DNA from: a virus
Taxonomy: Duplodnaviria > Caudoviricetes
Strand: one strand, 5' to 3'
Length of the DNA stretch: 26,603 nucleotides
IMG/VR virus record: IMGVR_UViG_3300011261_000111
Location: 1 to 26,603 of that record
Part shown: positions 1 through 7,784 of the stretch, one piece after another
Position numbering within the stretch: the first letter of the stretch is position 1
How the letters are laid out: the number at the start of each line of letters is the position of its first letter
Notes under the pieces: generated by a model
Databases searched by the model: none
Told to the model about the DNA's origin: nothing
What the model saw: the letters and a program-made list of their open reading frames with translations, nothing else
Program-made: the position numbers and the translations under genes

Positions 1-39
1 TTTTTCCTTTCCCTTATCTTATTTGTGTGTAATATTTTT

Positions 40-91
40 TCAGCAACCGTCAGCAAATGGGTGTTTTCTTCAGCAAATGGCGTTTTGTTGA
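40..91. repeat. Iteron-like repeats TCAGCAA x3 plus one inverted TTGTTGA
   Basis: TCAGCAA at 40-46, 50-56 and 70-76 (TCAGCAAATGG twice); inverted copy at 85-91; same motif family as 19305-19790. Confidence 0.6.
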
Positions 92-140
92 GGATTTTGG
101 TATCTTTTAAGCTCATTAATTAGGCTAAGAGGCCACCCCC

Positions 141-386
141 ATGCAGCTAATAATCAGCTTTATCTTTAACTACATCAAAACCAGAATCACAGCAGAATTG
201 CTTAAAAAGCTCGCTGGACTGCTTATTGCTGAGGCAGTAAAAAGAACAGAGCTAAAGACGGATGATGCCGCGCTGGATCTATATAACGCAATTGAAGACG
301 GCACCAAGGAAGAGCAAGAGGCAGCCATTGCAAAACTTGTTGACTCGCTAGGAATTGACGCAGAAAAACTTTTTTCTAAAAAATAG
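141..386 (+). CDS. Small helical protein with hydrophobic/amphipathic N-terminus, function unknown
   Basis: 81-aa ORF with AAGAGG SD upstream and TGGTATCTT extended -10-like site near 98-106. Confidence 0.75.
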   Translation: MQLIISFIFNYIKTRITAELLKKLAGLLIAEAVKRTELKTDDAALDLYNAIEDGTKEEQEAAIAKLVDSLGIDAEKLFSKK

Positions 387-414
387 TTGCAATTATTTTT
401 ATATAGATTAATAT
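387..414 (+). promoter_or_regulatory. Sigma70-like promoter of the RNA cluster with AGATTAAT box
   Basis: TTGCAA(387-392)-16 nt-TAATAT(409-414); AGATTAAT at 405-412. Confidence 0.65.
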
Positions 415-424
415 TGATTTGTGT

Positions 425-562
425 CTTAGGGCGATGCGGTGCAAACAAGTTTGGGTTACTCCTTTACCCTACACGCTTGAACAGCAATATAAGTAAATCG
501 TCTAGCGCAGGGTTTTAGTAATTTTTCCCCTCATAGCTTGGTTTCCTTCTCCAAGTGCGCGC
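425..562 (+). ncRNA. Putative structured sRNA with C/U-rich anti-SD loops
   Basis: Hairpins GGGT-TACTCCTTT-ACCC (453-469), AGGG...CCCT (509-531) and CTTGG-TTTCCTTCT-CCAAG (537-555); closing stem GCGCA/TGCGC (505-509/556-560); no plausible ORF. Confidence 0.45.
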
Positions 563-573
563 ATAAAAGAAGG

Positions 574-714
574 GTGTTTTAATCTACCTTGTTACTTTAT
601 CGTGTGGCGAAGGCGATAGCAGGCCGAGTTCTGTGTTTTTACTGAATGTGTGCACGCAGGATGTAAAGTAAGTCTAAGAGGTTCGAATCCTCATAACAGG
701 GTAGATCAAAACAT
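574..714 (+). ncRNA. tRNA-like structured RNA without canonical anticodon arm or CCA
   Basis: 574-594 pairs with 694-714 (20 of 21 including GU); T-arm GAGG-TTCGAAT-CCTC at 678-692; D-like hairpin TATCGT-GTGGCGAAG-GCGATA at 598-618. Confidence 0.6.
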
Positions 715-911
715 AAAGATAAAAGTGTTCCTGCACTGCTTCGGCATCAGGCTTTCAAGACCATAATTTATGGCCGCACCTCTCAGACTAGGCAATTAGA
801 GCCAAAATCTCAAGTGCGAGTTTCATCTTCATAATAGGAGGTGATATATCTTCGCCCAATGCTGGGCGGTGAAAACAAAGCCTGTAACGCTGTGAAGCGA
901 CAAGGTTTAAT

Positions 912-989
912 TGGGAGGAAGCTATCTAGGTGATGGCACTCGGCTGTTAACCGAGAATAAGGTGGGTTCGAATCCAACCCTCCCAGCCA
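912..989 (+). tRNA. tRNA-Asn(GTT)
   Basis: Acceptor TGGGAGG/CCTCCCA, anticodon arm CTCGG-CTGTTAA-CCGAG, T loop TTCGAAT, discriminator G, encoded CCA. Confidence 0.95.
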
Positions 990-993
990 ATTC

Positions 994-1069
994 AGGCCTA
1001 TAACTTAATGGTTAAAGTAAGGTGCTCATAACACTTAAATCGTGGGTTCGATTCCCCGTAGGCCTACCA
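994..1069 (+). tRNA. tRNA with CAT anticodon, probably Ile2 (lysidine) rather than Met
   Basis: Acceptor AGGCCTA/TAGGCCT with C4-G69 and C5-G68 (TilS determinants), loop CTCATAA, T loop TTCGATT, encoded CCA. Confidence 0.9.
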
Positions 1070-1072
1070 ATT

Positions 1073-1207
1073 TAGTTTTTATTCGCATGGTGAATGCACG
1101 GGCTGACGTGCTAAAGACAAGAGCAGATACATTAAGCTCGTCCCTGATTCAGGACTGCCGAGTAAGCTAGAAATCAGCACTAGCCACCAGCCGAATAAGA
1201 ATTACCA
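1073..1207 (+). ncRNA. C4-antisense-type RNA (P1 C4 / P4 CI-like fold)
   Basis: TGGTG/CACCA core stem; hairpins GCACG-GGCTGA-CGTGC and GCTAG-AAATCAGCA-CTAGC whose loops (GCTGA/TCAGC) can kiss; 13-bp outer stem 1073-1085/1192-1204 followed by CCA. Confidence 0.8.
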
Positions 1208-1235
1208 AGGTTCGGATGCCATAAGCCCAATAATC

Positions 1236-1260
1236 AAGAGCAATTTAATTGTTCTTTTTT
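1236..1260 (+). terminator. Putative intrinsic terminator closing the RNA cluster
   Basis: AAGAGCAAT-TTA-ATTGTTCTT followed by a T run (AT-rich stem). Confidence 0.5.
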
Positions 1261-1261
1261 A

Positions 1262-1290
1262 TTGACTATAAAAGATTAATGTTTTAAATT
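1262..1290 (+). promoter_or_regulatory. Sigma70-like promoter with AGATTAAT box in spacer
   Basis: TTGACT-17 nt-TAAATT; AGATTAAT at 1273-1280; AAGGAG SD before 1315. Confidence 0.7.
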
Positions 1291-1314
1291 AGACGGATCA
1301 ACAAGGAGAAACAC

Positions 1315-1647
1315 ATGAGCAACGAATACAAAATATTCTGGATTGGCGCGCTACTGGTTCGCAACAATATGCAGCTAACACCACCACTAAACATGCCAAA
1401 CGGTTTAACCAGCCAAGACGGCAAGACGTTTTCATTCAATGGCGGCTCATTTACCGCAGAAGAGGCGAGACACTACTTGAAGCATAAGACGTTGGATATC
1501 GTTGAAAAACACGACAGCGAGCGCCTGACGAAGCGTGAAGAGGTTGCTTTGCGTATATTCGTGGCTGGTGTAAACGATCACGGTTTTGACGCAATTGCGC
1601 CATCATATGCAATGGCCGACGCATTTTTAGAGGAATCAGGCAAATGA
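1315..1647 (+). CDS. Hypothetical protein with common phage C-terminal motif (LTKRE...YAMADAFL)
   Basis: 110-aa ORF, strong SD, ATGA overlap with next gene. Confidence 0.85.
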   Translation: MSNEYKIFWIGALLVRNNMQLTPPLNMPNGLTSQDGKTFSFNGGSFTAEEARHYLKHKTLDIVEKHDSERLTKREEVALRIFVAGVNDHGFDAIAPSYAMADAFLEESGK

Positions 1648-2117
1648 ACAGAGAAGAATTGCTAAATTGGTTTTTAGAAAACCCTGAGTGCTGGGGAGTC
1701 GTTCCCGAGGTATATGATTGGACTTTCCAGAATGGACAATACGTCCACACCCTACACGACCCAATCACTATGGACGACTGGAACCGCGCTAAGATTGTAC
1801 CGAGAATTAACGCTCGCGTACTGGCTGAGAAAGTAGGTAACAAGCACGACACGGGCAAGCCGCTTTATAACTTGATACCTGTACACGCTGAGGCCGAGTT
1901 TGTAGACGTTTTAACATTTGGTGCAACAAAGTATGCGCCTAACCAGTGGCGCACCGTACCGAACGCCACGGGTCGATACACAGCCGCAGCGATGCGACAT
2001 TTAGCAGCGTATCGAATGGGCGAGACTCACGACATCGAAAGCGGCAAACACCACCTTGCACACGCCATGTGCTGCTTAGCTTTCATCATCGAATTAGACT
2101 TGGAGCAAGACAAATGA
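1644..2117 (+). CDS. dATP/dGTP diphosphohydrolase-like (DUF5664) protein
   Basis: Motifs GNKHDTGKP, VLTFGATKYAPNQW, AAMRHL, DIESGKHHLAHA. Confidence 0.85.
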   Translation: MNREELLNWFLENPECWGVVPEVYDWTFQNGQYVHTLHDPITMDDWNRAKIVPRINARVLAEKVGNKHDTGKPLYNLIPVHAEAEFVDVLTFGATKYAPNQWRTVPNATGRYTAAAMRHLAAYRMGETHDIESGKHHLAHAMCCLAFIIELDLEQDK

Positions 2118-2383
2118 AAATCCTAGACGCAACAGCAGAACAAAAAGCAGCAATCGACGGCATCGACTGGGAGGAGCGTAAGAGCCTAGCCTACCCAGAA
2201 GACGCGCTGGCAAAACAATTTGAAGCGGCTAGAGCAAAAGTTAAAACCGAACTACCAAAGGCCGAAAAAGAGTCAATCGTCAGACACTACAAAGAATGGA
2301 AACGTAAGCGCCTAACGTGTAAAAAGTTTCGCGTATCGATGATTGACTTGGAAAAAATACTGAAAGAAGAGGGGATCGTTTAA
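2114..2383 (+). CDS. Hypothetical protein, possible C-terminal HTH
   Basis: Start reassigned to ATG 2114 (GGAG SD, ATGA overlap); basic helical C-terminus. Confidence 0.75.
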   Translation: MKILDATAEQKAAIDGIDWEERKSLAYPEDALAKQFEAARAKVKTELPKAEKESIVRHYKEWKRKRLTCKKFRVSMIDLEKILKEEGIV

Positions 2384-2748
2384 TGGGAATGTCAAAAAAG
2401 AATGTCGAGCGAGACAAAGAGATTGTTCGACTTGCCGAAAGCGGAATGAAGCGAAACGACATAGCGAAAAAGTTTGGGCTCAATGCTGACGCTGTTTCGA
2501 AAGTCTGCGTCAAAGGCGGTTTTCATTTCCAGAAGCGACCAAGTACAGAGCTAAAAAAAGAAGTCGCAAAATATCGCTGCCGTAACTCGCTAGAAAATAC
2601 GGCCAAAAAATACGGCATTTCCAAGTCGGCAGTCATTGGGTATCACCAAAAATACGGTGAAAACGAAGAGGAAAAGACGCACACTGTTCGAGTGTTAAAA
2701 TCGGTTCCTGATAATTTTATTGCACCAACGCGCGGGATTGGGTGGTAG
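2383..2748 (+). CDS. Tandem helix-turn-helix DNA-binding protein
   Basis: GMKRNDIAKKFGLNADAVSKV and SLENTAKKYGISKSAV HTH patterns. Confidence 0.8.
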   Translation: MGMSKKNVERDKEIVRLAESGMKRNDIAKKFGLNADAVSKVCVKGGFHFQKRPSTELKKEVAKYRCRNSLENTAKKYGISKSAVIGYHQKYGENEEEKTHTVRVLKSVPDNFIAPTRGIGW

Positions 2749-2750
2749 TT

Positions 2751-2978
2751 ATGAAAAAGCCAAAACGCGAACCTATGTATTCGCTGAAAGATTACGCAGA
2801 GTTGATAGGCGGAAATGTGTTCTCTATGGCTGGCTGGATATCTCACAAAGAAAAGCTAGAAGGGAAGATAGAGGATCATCATTACTCAGGCATAGGTATG
2901 TATGGATCTTCAATAAACAAAGTAAGCAGGTACCTGCTTAGCGTCTTAAAGAAAGCATTTGCTGATTATAAAAAATAA
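2751..2978 (+). CDS. Hypothetical protein, possibly DNA-binding
   Basis: Last ORF of the + operon, ends just before a terminator; start could be GTG 2742. Confidence 0.7.
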   Translation: MKKPKREPMYSLKDYAELIGGNVFSMAGWISHKEKLEGKIEDHHYSGIGMYGSSINKVSRYLLSVLKKAFADYKK

Positions 2979-2981
2979 AAC

Positions 2982-3006
2982 AAAGGGGCTAATAAAGCCC
3001 CTTTTT
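2982..3006. terminator. Bidirectional intrinsic terminator
   Basis: AAAGGGGCT-AATAA-AGCCCCTTT between convergent genes. Confidence 0.85.
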
Positions 3007-3007
3007 A

Positions 3008-4240
3008 TTATGCTCTCTTTACTACTTGCAAGAAAGACCCAACCTCAACCGTCATGTTTGTTGTGTTTGTCTGGTTCGCAACTTGAAGTTTTACATAGTC
3101 GTTAAACCTCAAACTTAGAGGGTAATAGAAGCTAATTAGCGCCACATCACGACCACCAATAATCGATAGAACTTGCTGTGTTGCCGTATATACTTCGACA
3201 AATTCAGATTCCGAAGAGTCCCATTTAGTCAGCCTTACCGAAATAACGTTATTTGCACCTCCATCAATATAGAATGTCCCGATTGCTAAAAACTCCTGCG
3301 GATTCTTTCCGTCGTTTTTTAGTTGGCCATTAACATCGCTAGAAAAGTGCTGCAAATTGCTAGCACTCCAAGTTCCAGCCGCATCAACAAAAACTCCCGC
3401 TGTGCTTATTGTGGTTTCAGTTTCAGAGCTGACAATTAAGCGACCGCCTTCATGCGTGTTTCTAAGGCCGTTATTATCACGCCACTCGCACACTAGGTCT
3501 TCTGGATCTAGGTTTGGGAAGAGTTGATTGTCGCCAGAGCTAACAACGCCGTTTCGCGAGTACTGTCCGCCATTCATTTGACACAACGAACTGTCTAAAA
3601 AGTTTGACGTTGAGAAGTCGCAGAAACTTGCTCCTGACGGTAGGTCAACACGCATATTCGATCTAAATCGGCTATCTAGTGTTAGTGCTGTACCTGCCTT
3701 AAATAGCGATCCAGTAAACCCAGAATCAAGTCCACGCGTCAGGCATGTGTCAATAAATATTCCGTTCATGCTTCCTGATAGTGTCAATTCTGGAGACCCG
3801 CCGAAAATGCCGCAGTTAAGCATACTAAGCTGTCTGTATCCATCAAGCTCACCTAGACTTGAGCAATCATAGAAATTGACAGAAAGCATTTCCATTGCAG
3901 ATTCGCCAGAATCCGAAAGGTCGTTAACTTTTGAGTTTGCACCTGTCACGGAAATATAAATGTTGCTGATAAAGACGTTTCCCGCGCCAGATCCGCTAAA
4001 AAGCGTAAAATTGTCTGCGGTTGATCCGATACCAGTTAGGTCTGACTGAGTTCCACGAATAAACAACCCTCCGGACGGCACGGTGATTTCATCTACCTCA
4101 AGAAGCCCGTTGTAATCTATCCAGTATTCCACGTCAGAACTTGGATTTGCTGGCATATCTGACCGTTTTTTTACCCAGACAATTGTGCTAGGCGTGCTTT
4201 CTGATAGCTGTGCAAATGAAATGCCTGAACTTGGGTACAT
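3008..4240 (-). CDS. Probable virion protein with beta-helix-like region and C-terminal beta-sandwich
   Basis: 410 aa, S/G/T/N-rich beta-strand repeats, downstream of the MCP. Confidence 0.6.
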   Translation of the reverse strand: MYPSSGISFAQLSESTPSTIVWVKKRSDMPANPSSDVEYWIDYNGLLEVDEITVPSGGLFIRGTQSDLTGIGSTADNFTLFSGSGAGNVFISNIYISVTGANSKVNDLSDSGESAMEMLSVNFYDCSSLGELDGYRQLSMLNCGIFGGSPELTLSGSMNGIFIDTCLTRGLDSGFTGSLFKAGTALTLDSRFRSNMRVDLPSGASFCDFSTSNFLDSSLCQMNGGQYSRNGVVSSGDNQLFPNLDPEDLVCEWRDNNGLRNTHEGGRLIVSSETETTISTAGVFVDAAGTWSASNLQHFSSDVNGQLKNDGKNPQEFLAIGTFYIDGGANNVISVRLTKWDSSESEFVEVYTATQQVLSIIGGRDVALISFYYPLSLRFNDYVKLQVANQTNTTNMTVEVGSFLQVVKRA

Positions 4241-4608
4241 TATTCATCCCTCCAATGATAGGCTTTAACATACGTAGCACCTGTAATCCCCGATAGCGTC
4301 ATACTAGAAAAAACCACGCAACCTTCAAACTGTGGAGGCGTATAGATGGCATTGCCAAAGACGACATCGGTCGCGTCAATAATTCCGTTGCCATTTGACG
4401 GCTCAAGTTTCTGTCCGTTGAACGCCCCCGCCTTAAAAGTAACCGTGCCGCCGCTTGGTGTTACTGGTGATTTTTGAGCGTCATAAAATTGCAGGTAGCA
4501 TTGGCCTGTACTGTAAGACGCGCTCATGTCTTGGATTTCATACTCACCGTCAGCGATAGGAATATAAACATCACCCAAATCCGTCTTAAATTGGTATTGA
4601 TTAGCCAT
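4240..4608 (-). CDS. Probable virion structural protein
   Basis: 122 aa, beta-rich, translationally coupled to neighbours in head region. Confidence 0.65.
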   Translation of the reverse strand: MANQYQFKTDLGDVYIPIADGEYEIQDMSASYSTGQCYLQFYDAQKSPVTPSGGTVTFKAGAFNGQKLEPSNGNGIIDATDVVFGNAIYTPPQFEGCVVFSSMTLSGITGATYVKAYHWRDE

Positions 4609-4609
4609 T

Positions 4610-4915
4610 CTACTTACCCCAGCCTAATGACTTGGCGCGTTTACGAAGCGTGCTGATCTTGCTATTTCCGCCTGCTGCTTGGCCTGTTTTATCAAGAATG
4701 AAAGCGCGCAATTCCGCTTCTTCGTCCGATCCAGATTCCTCAACGATCTCTTGCTTTGGCGTTGCCACTTCAAGCTCAACTTGCCCAACAGTTACTGCTT
4801 TAGCGCCAAATAGATTTGGATTGCTTGTTTCAATAACAGTGCCAACCTCTATTTTTTGCAGCTTTCCAGCAACTTGATAGAAGCAATTTTCTTTTATTAC
4901 TTTTCGATTATACAT
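4610..4915 (-). CDS. Post-capsid small protein with HeH/Rho-N-like C-terminus
   Basis: 101 aa directly after MCP; ELEVATP motif; ELRAFILDKTGQAAGGNSKISTLRKR; GGAG SD. Confidence 0.65.
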   Translation of the reverse strand: MYNRKVIKENCFYQVAGKLQKIEVGTVIETSNPNLFGAKAVTVGQVELEVATPKQEIVEESGSDEEAELRAFILDKTGQAAGGNSKISTLRKRAKSLGWGK

Positions 4916-4932
4916 TTCAAATTCTCCATAAT

Positions 4933-4954
4933 AAAAAAGGGAGCCGAAGCTCCC
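4933..4954 (-). terminator. Intrinsic terminator after major capsid gene
   Basis: GGGAGC-TTCG-GCTCCC-TTTTTT on minus strand. Confidence 0.9.
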
Positions 4955-4982
4955 CTTTGTCGGCTAATGCCAGTTATCAACC

Positions 4983-6035
4983 TTACGCTGTAGTAGCGTA
5001 AAGAACACCTGAGCGGCCTTCGTAGTCCTGCATTACCTGAATACCCATTGCACCCCAAGTAATGAAGTTATGAGCATCGAAAGGGTTAGCGCGCTGAACT
5101 GGGATAGTAGAGACACCCATGCCAACAACTGGGCGAATGATTGAGCTATCCAACACCATCGCTAAGATTTCGTTACCAGACAATAGAGCTGTCTCTTTTA
5201 CCGCTGCAATGCCGTTTAGAGCGCGAACAGCGTCAAGCATAGTGCCAAAGCCGCCATCGTTATCAGAGTAGTAACGCTCTAGGTTGCTCATGATTTCACG
5301 AGAAACGTAGAAAGTAACCTGACCCATAACGTTGTTCGTAATACGCAAAACGTCGCGCTGAGCTTTGAACTCGTTGCGAACTTGCTGCGCAGTAGTTGCA
5401 CCAGCTGTAAGATCAACACTCAAAGAGCTAGAAGCTACACGAGAGTCAGCTTTTAAACCAGACCAAGTAGCACCGTTAAACTCGATTGAGGTATCACCGT
5501 TAAAGATGTAATCAACCATCTTGCGACGAGTTGCTTTTACAGAATTACGCTGATCATCGATTAGGCCGTCGAAACCTTCTGAACGCTGACCCGCTAGTTC
5601 ACGCCACTCACGACCAAAGCCATCTTGGTGAACAGGAACAATCGCAGAGTCGTATGCGTATTGCGTTTTATCCATAGTAACAACAGTCTGACCACTCAAA
5701 GTGGTTTTAGCGTTACCAGAATCAGACGCTTTGCGGTATTTGTATTCGATCTTGCCAATATCAACCGAACGAGCTAACGGTAGCAAGTCGTTCAACAGAA
5801 CGTCACCCTCGTCATTACGCATGACTTCTTTGGTAATGTTGTCGAACTCAACATACACGTCGCGCGGGATAGTTGCCGCTGCGTTGGCATTCATGCCTTG
5901 CATTGTCGCCATGCTGCGCTCGTAGTTATTGAAAAACTCGCGTCGGCCTTGAACTTCGTGCCACTGCTTAGTTGCGTTGGCTAAGTTCGACTGGCTGTTT
6001 GCAAATAACTCTTTTGTCTCTTTAAATCCGTACAT
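4983..6035 (-). CDS. Major capsid protein
   Basis: 350 aa, follows protease and cement genes, followed by UUCG terminator; motifs LLNDLLPLARSVDIGK, PVHQDGFGREWR. Confidence 0.85.
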   Translation of the reverse strand: MYGFKETKELFANSQSNLANATKQWHEVQGRREFFNNYERSMATMQGMNANAAATIPRDVYVEFDNITKEVMRNDEGDVLLNDLLPLARSVDIGKIEYKYRKASDSGNAKTTLSGQTVVTMDKTQYAYDSAIVPVHQDGFGREWRELAGQRSEGFDGLIDDQRNSVKATRRKMVDYIFNGDTSIEFNGATWSGLKADSRVASSSLSVDLTAGATTAQQVRNEFKAQRDVLRITNNVMGQVTFYVSREIMSNLERYYSDNDGGFGTMLDAVRALNGIAAVKETALLSGNEILAMVLDSSIIRPVVGMGVSTIPVQRANPFDAHNFITWGAMGIQVMQDYEGRSGVLYATTA

Positions 6036-6046
6036 ATTTCAGCCTC

Positions 6047-6481
6047 TTAAAATTTAACCGCAACAAGTGTGGTAGCAGAAGTTGTAATAATCTGATCGGC
6101 ATAGCAGATAATGTCGTCAGTACCCACAACACCAATACGCAACAAGCCAGCACCGTCAGCAGCAAGAGGTGTGTCAACCGCTGTGATAGTTTGACCAGTA
6201 GCAACAAGCATGTTGTAACGCTCGCCCTTCTGAGGCTCGAAAGCAACCAAAGTATCGCCAGCCGCCCAAGCGTCAGTAGTTGAACCTTGTTGCAAGAAGT
6301 TTAGGTCAGCAACATAAAGATTAACACCTGCGCCTGCACCATCGGTATTGAACGCTGTAAAAGCGCCAGCATTTTTGAAAAGCAACGTGCCCGGCAATGT
6401 TGATGCCGCTGCAAGTGCCTCGTCTTGGATTGGCTTGTTGCATTCAACGGAGCCACGGAAAATCACATTAGTAGTAGCCAT
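6047..6481 (-). CDS. Capsid cement/decoration protein
   Basis: 144 aa, A/G/T-rich, between scaffold and MCP. Confidence 0.75.
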   Translation of the reverse strand: MATTNVIFRGSVECNKPIQDEALAAASTLPGTLLFKNAGAFTAFNTDGAGAGVNLYVADLNFLQQGSTTDAWAAGDTLVAFEPQKGERYNMLVATGQTITAVDTPLAADGAGLLRIGVVGTDDIICYADQIITTSATTLVAVKF

Positions 6482-6491
6482 GTATTACCTC

Positions 6492-7784
6492 TTATGGTAG
6501 CTCGCGTGAAAATTCTTGTTTGTCTGCGTTAACTACTGGCTCACCGCCAGCCGCATAAGTCGCAGAACCTTCAATGTCAGCACCGAACGCAACTTTCAAT
6601 GCGTTAGTAGACATTGATTTGATTTCGTCAGCAGACAAGCCTTTTGCCTCTGCTTTAGCTTCAAGCGGTGCGCGCTCGGCTTTTTCAGCAGATTGTGCGT
6701 TTGCTTCTAATGAGGCGATTTTGTCAGTAAGAGGCGCAAGCTTCTTATCTAAATTCGCTTCCATTTTTGCGGATTGCGCATCTAAGAGCGCTTGCATTTC
6801 TTCTGGAGTCATTTCTAAACCCTCGTTAGTTGAATTTGTAACGCTTTCATTATAAGTCTCTTGAATGGGCTTTGCAAACCCCATGTTTTTGATGAATGTT
6901 TTTAGGCTGTTTGTCACCCAAGACAGTTTTCGTCTAACCTTTGTCTTTTCTGTGCCTAACTTAACTTCACCGTCAAGAATGGCATACTCGACACGATAGT
7001 AGTCACTTGTATTGTCTTCTCTTGTCACTTCATATACGCAAGCTCGATCTGATATGTCAGATATCCAAATATGCTTTGCGCCAATCTCATTTTTTGCAAT
7101 AGCATCTTCAATCATATCTCTAAGTTGGCGCATAAGCTCGTCTAAGGATTCGTCCTCAAATTCCTCATTACCCTCAAAGCTAGCCAAGTCCACATCGGCC
7201 GCATTTACCATCATGCCTACGCCTTGCTCAGGTGTAGCGGCACCGATTTGATTGGGCAGAATAGCGTTATGGTCAAACTTCATATTGCGAGCGATCCAAG
7301 TGTATTCCACCTCGGCAGCGTTCATCTGTGGCTTTTCCAACACTTCACGCTCAAGCAAAACGCCAGTGCTTGTATGGATCGGCACACCGTTCTTTTCCAT
7401 GTTCGCGATGGCTTCCAAAAGCTCTCGACCTTTTTCGTATTTATTCGCTTCGTCTATGTCGATAACTGTGTCGTGATAAACTTTGCCGTTTTTACGCTCT
7501 ACGTTGGCTACATAAGCACCAGCATAGAAATTCTTTCTCGCATATTGATCATTTGCGCTGATATATTTGCCGTCCTTCTCTGGATGGCCTACCGGAGCTT
7601 GAACACCTTCGAGAGTCATGTAGGATTTATCAATCTCTTCGGCAAGGTACAAGCCGCCATTCATGACGATGTTATCAGGCAAAGTGGCCGAGTTAATGAT
7701 GATGCAATCAGCACCGTCGACCATTTCACGACGCACCATTGATGCGTTGATAGTGAGCGGTATTTGTAAGAGTTCTTTAGGCAT
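6492..7784 (-). CDS. Prohead protease/scaffold (DUF2213-like)
   Basis: VMNGGLY, APVGHP, HTSTG and FDHNAILP motifs; helical C-terminal scaffold-like region. Confidence 0.8.
   Translation of the reverse strand: MPKELLQIPLTINASMVRREMVDGADCIIINSATLPDNIVMNGGLYLAEEIDKSYMTLEGVQAPVGHPEKDGKYISANDQYARKNFYAGAYVANVERKNGKVYHDTVIDIDEANKYEKGRELLEAIANMEKNGVPIHTSTGVLLEREVLEKPQMNAAEVEYTWIARNMKFDHNAILPNQIGAATPEQGVGMMVNAADVDLASFEGNEEFEDESLDELMRQLRDMIEDAIAKNEIGAKHIWISDISDRACVYEVTREDNTSDYYRVEYAILDGEVKLGTEKTKVRRKLSWVTNSLKTFIKNMGFAKPIQETYNESVTNSTNEGLEMTPEEMQALLDAQSAKMEANLDKKLAPLTDKIASLEANAQSAEKAERAPLEAKAEAKGLSADEIKSMSTNALKVAFGADIEGSATYAAGGEPVVNADKQEFSRELP

Noticed and set aside
574-714. Selenocysteine tRNA or tmRNA
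   Set aside because: 6-bp D-like stem recalls tRNA-Sec but there is no TCA anticodon loop or CCA; too short for tmRNA and lacks GGGGC...CCACCA ends
720-910. Self-cleaving ribozyme in the RNA cluster
   Set aside because: No hammerhead CUGANGA/GAAA core or convincing HDV/theta or twister pseudoknot found by eye; needs an Infernal search to exclude fully
1946-2113. N-terminal extension of ORF 1946-2383
   Set aside because: Overlaps the DUF5664 gene; ATG 2114 has an SD and ATGA coupling
1451-7742. Antisense ORFs such as 1451-1858, 4632-4877, 5701-5925, 6574-6855 and 7224-7742
   Set aside because: Shadow frames of well-supported genes on the opposite strand, without RBS or recognisable motifs
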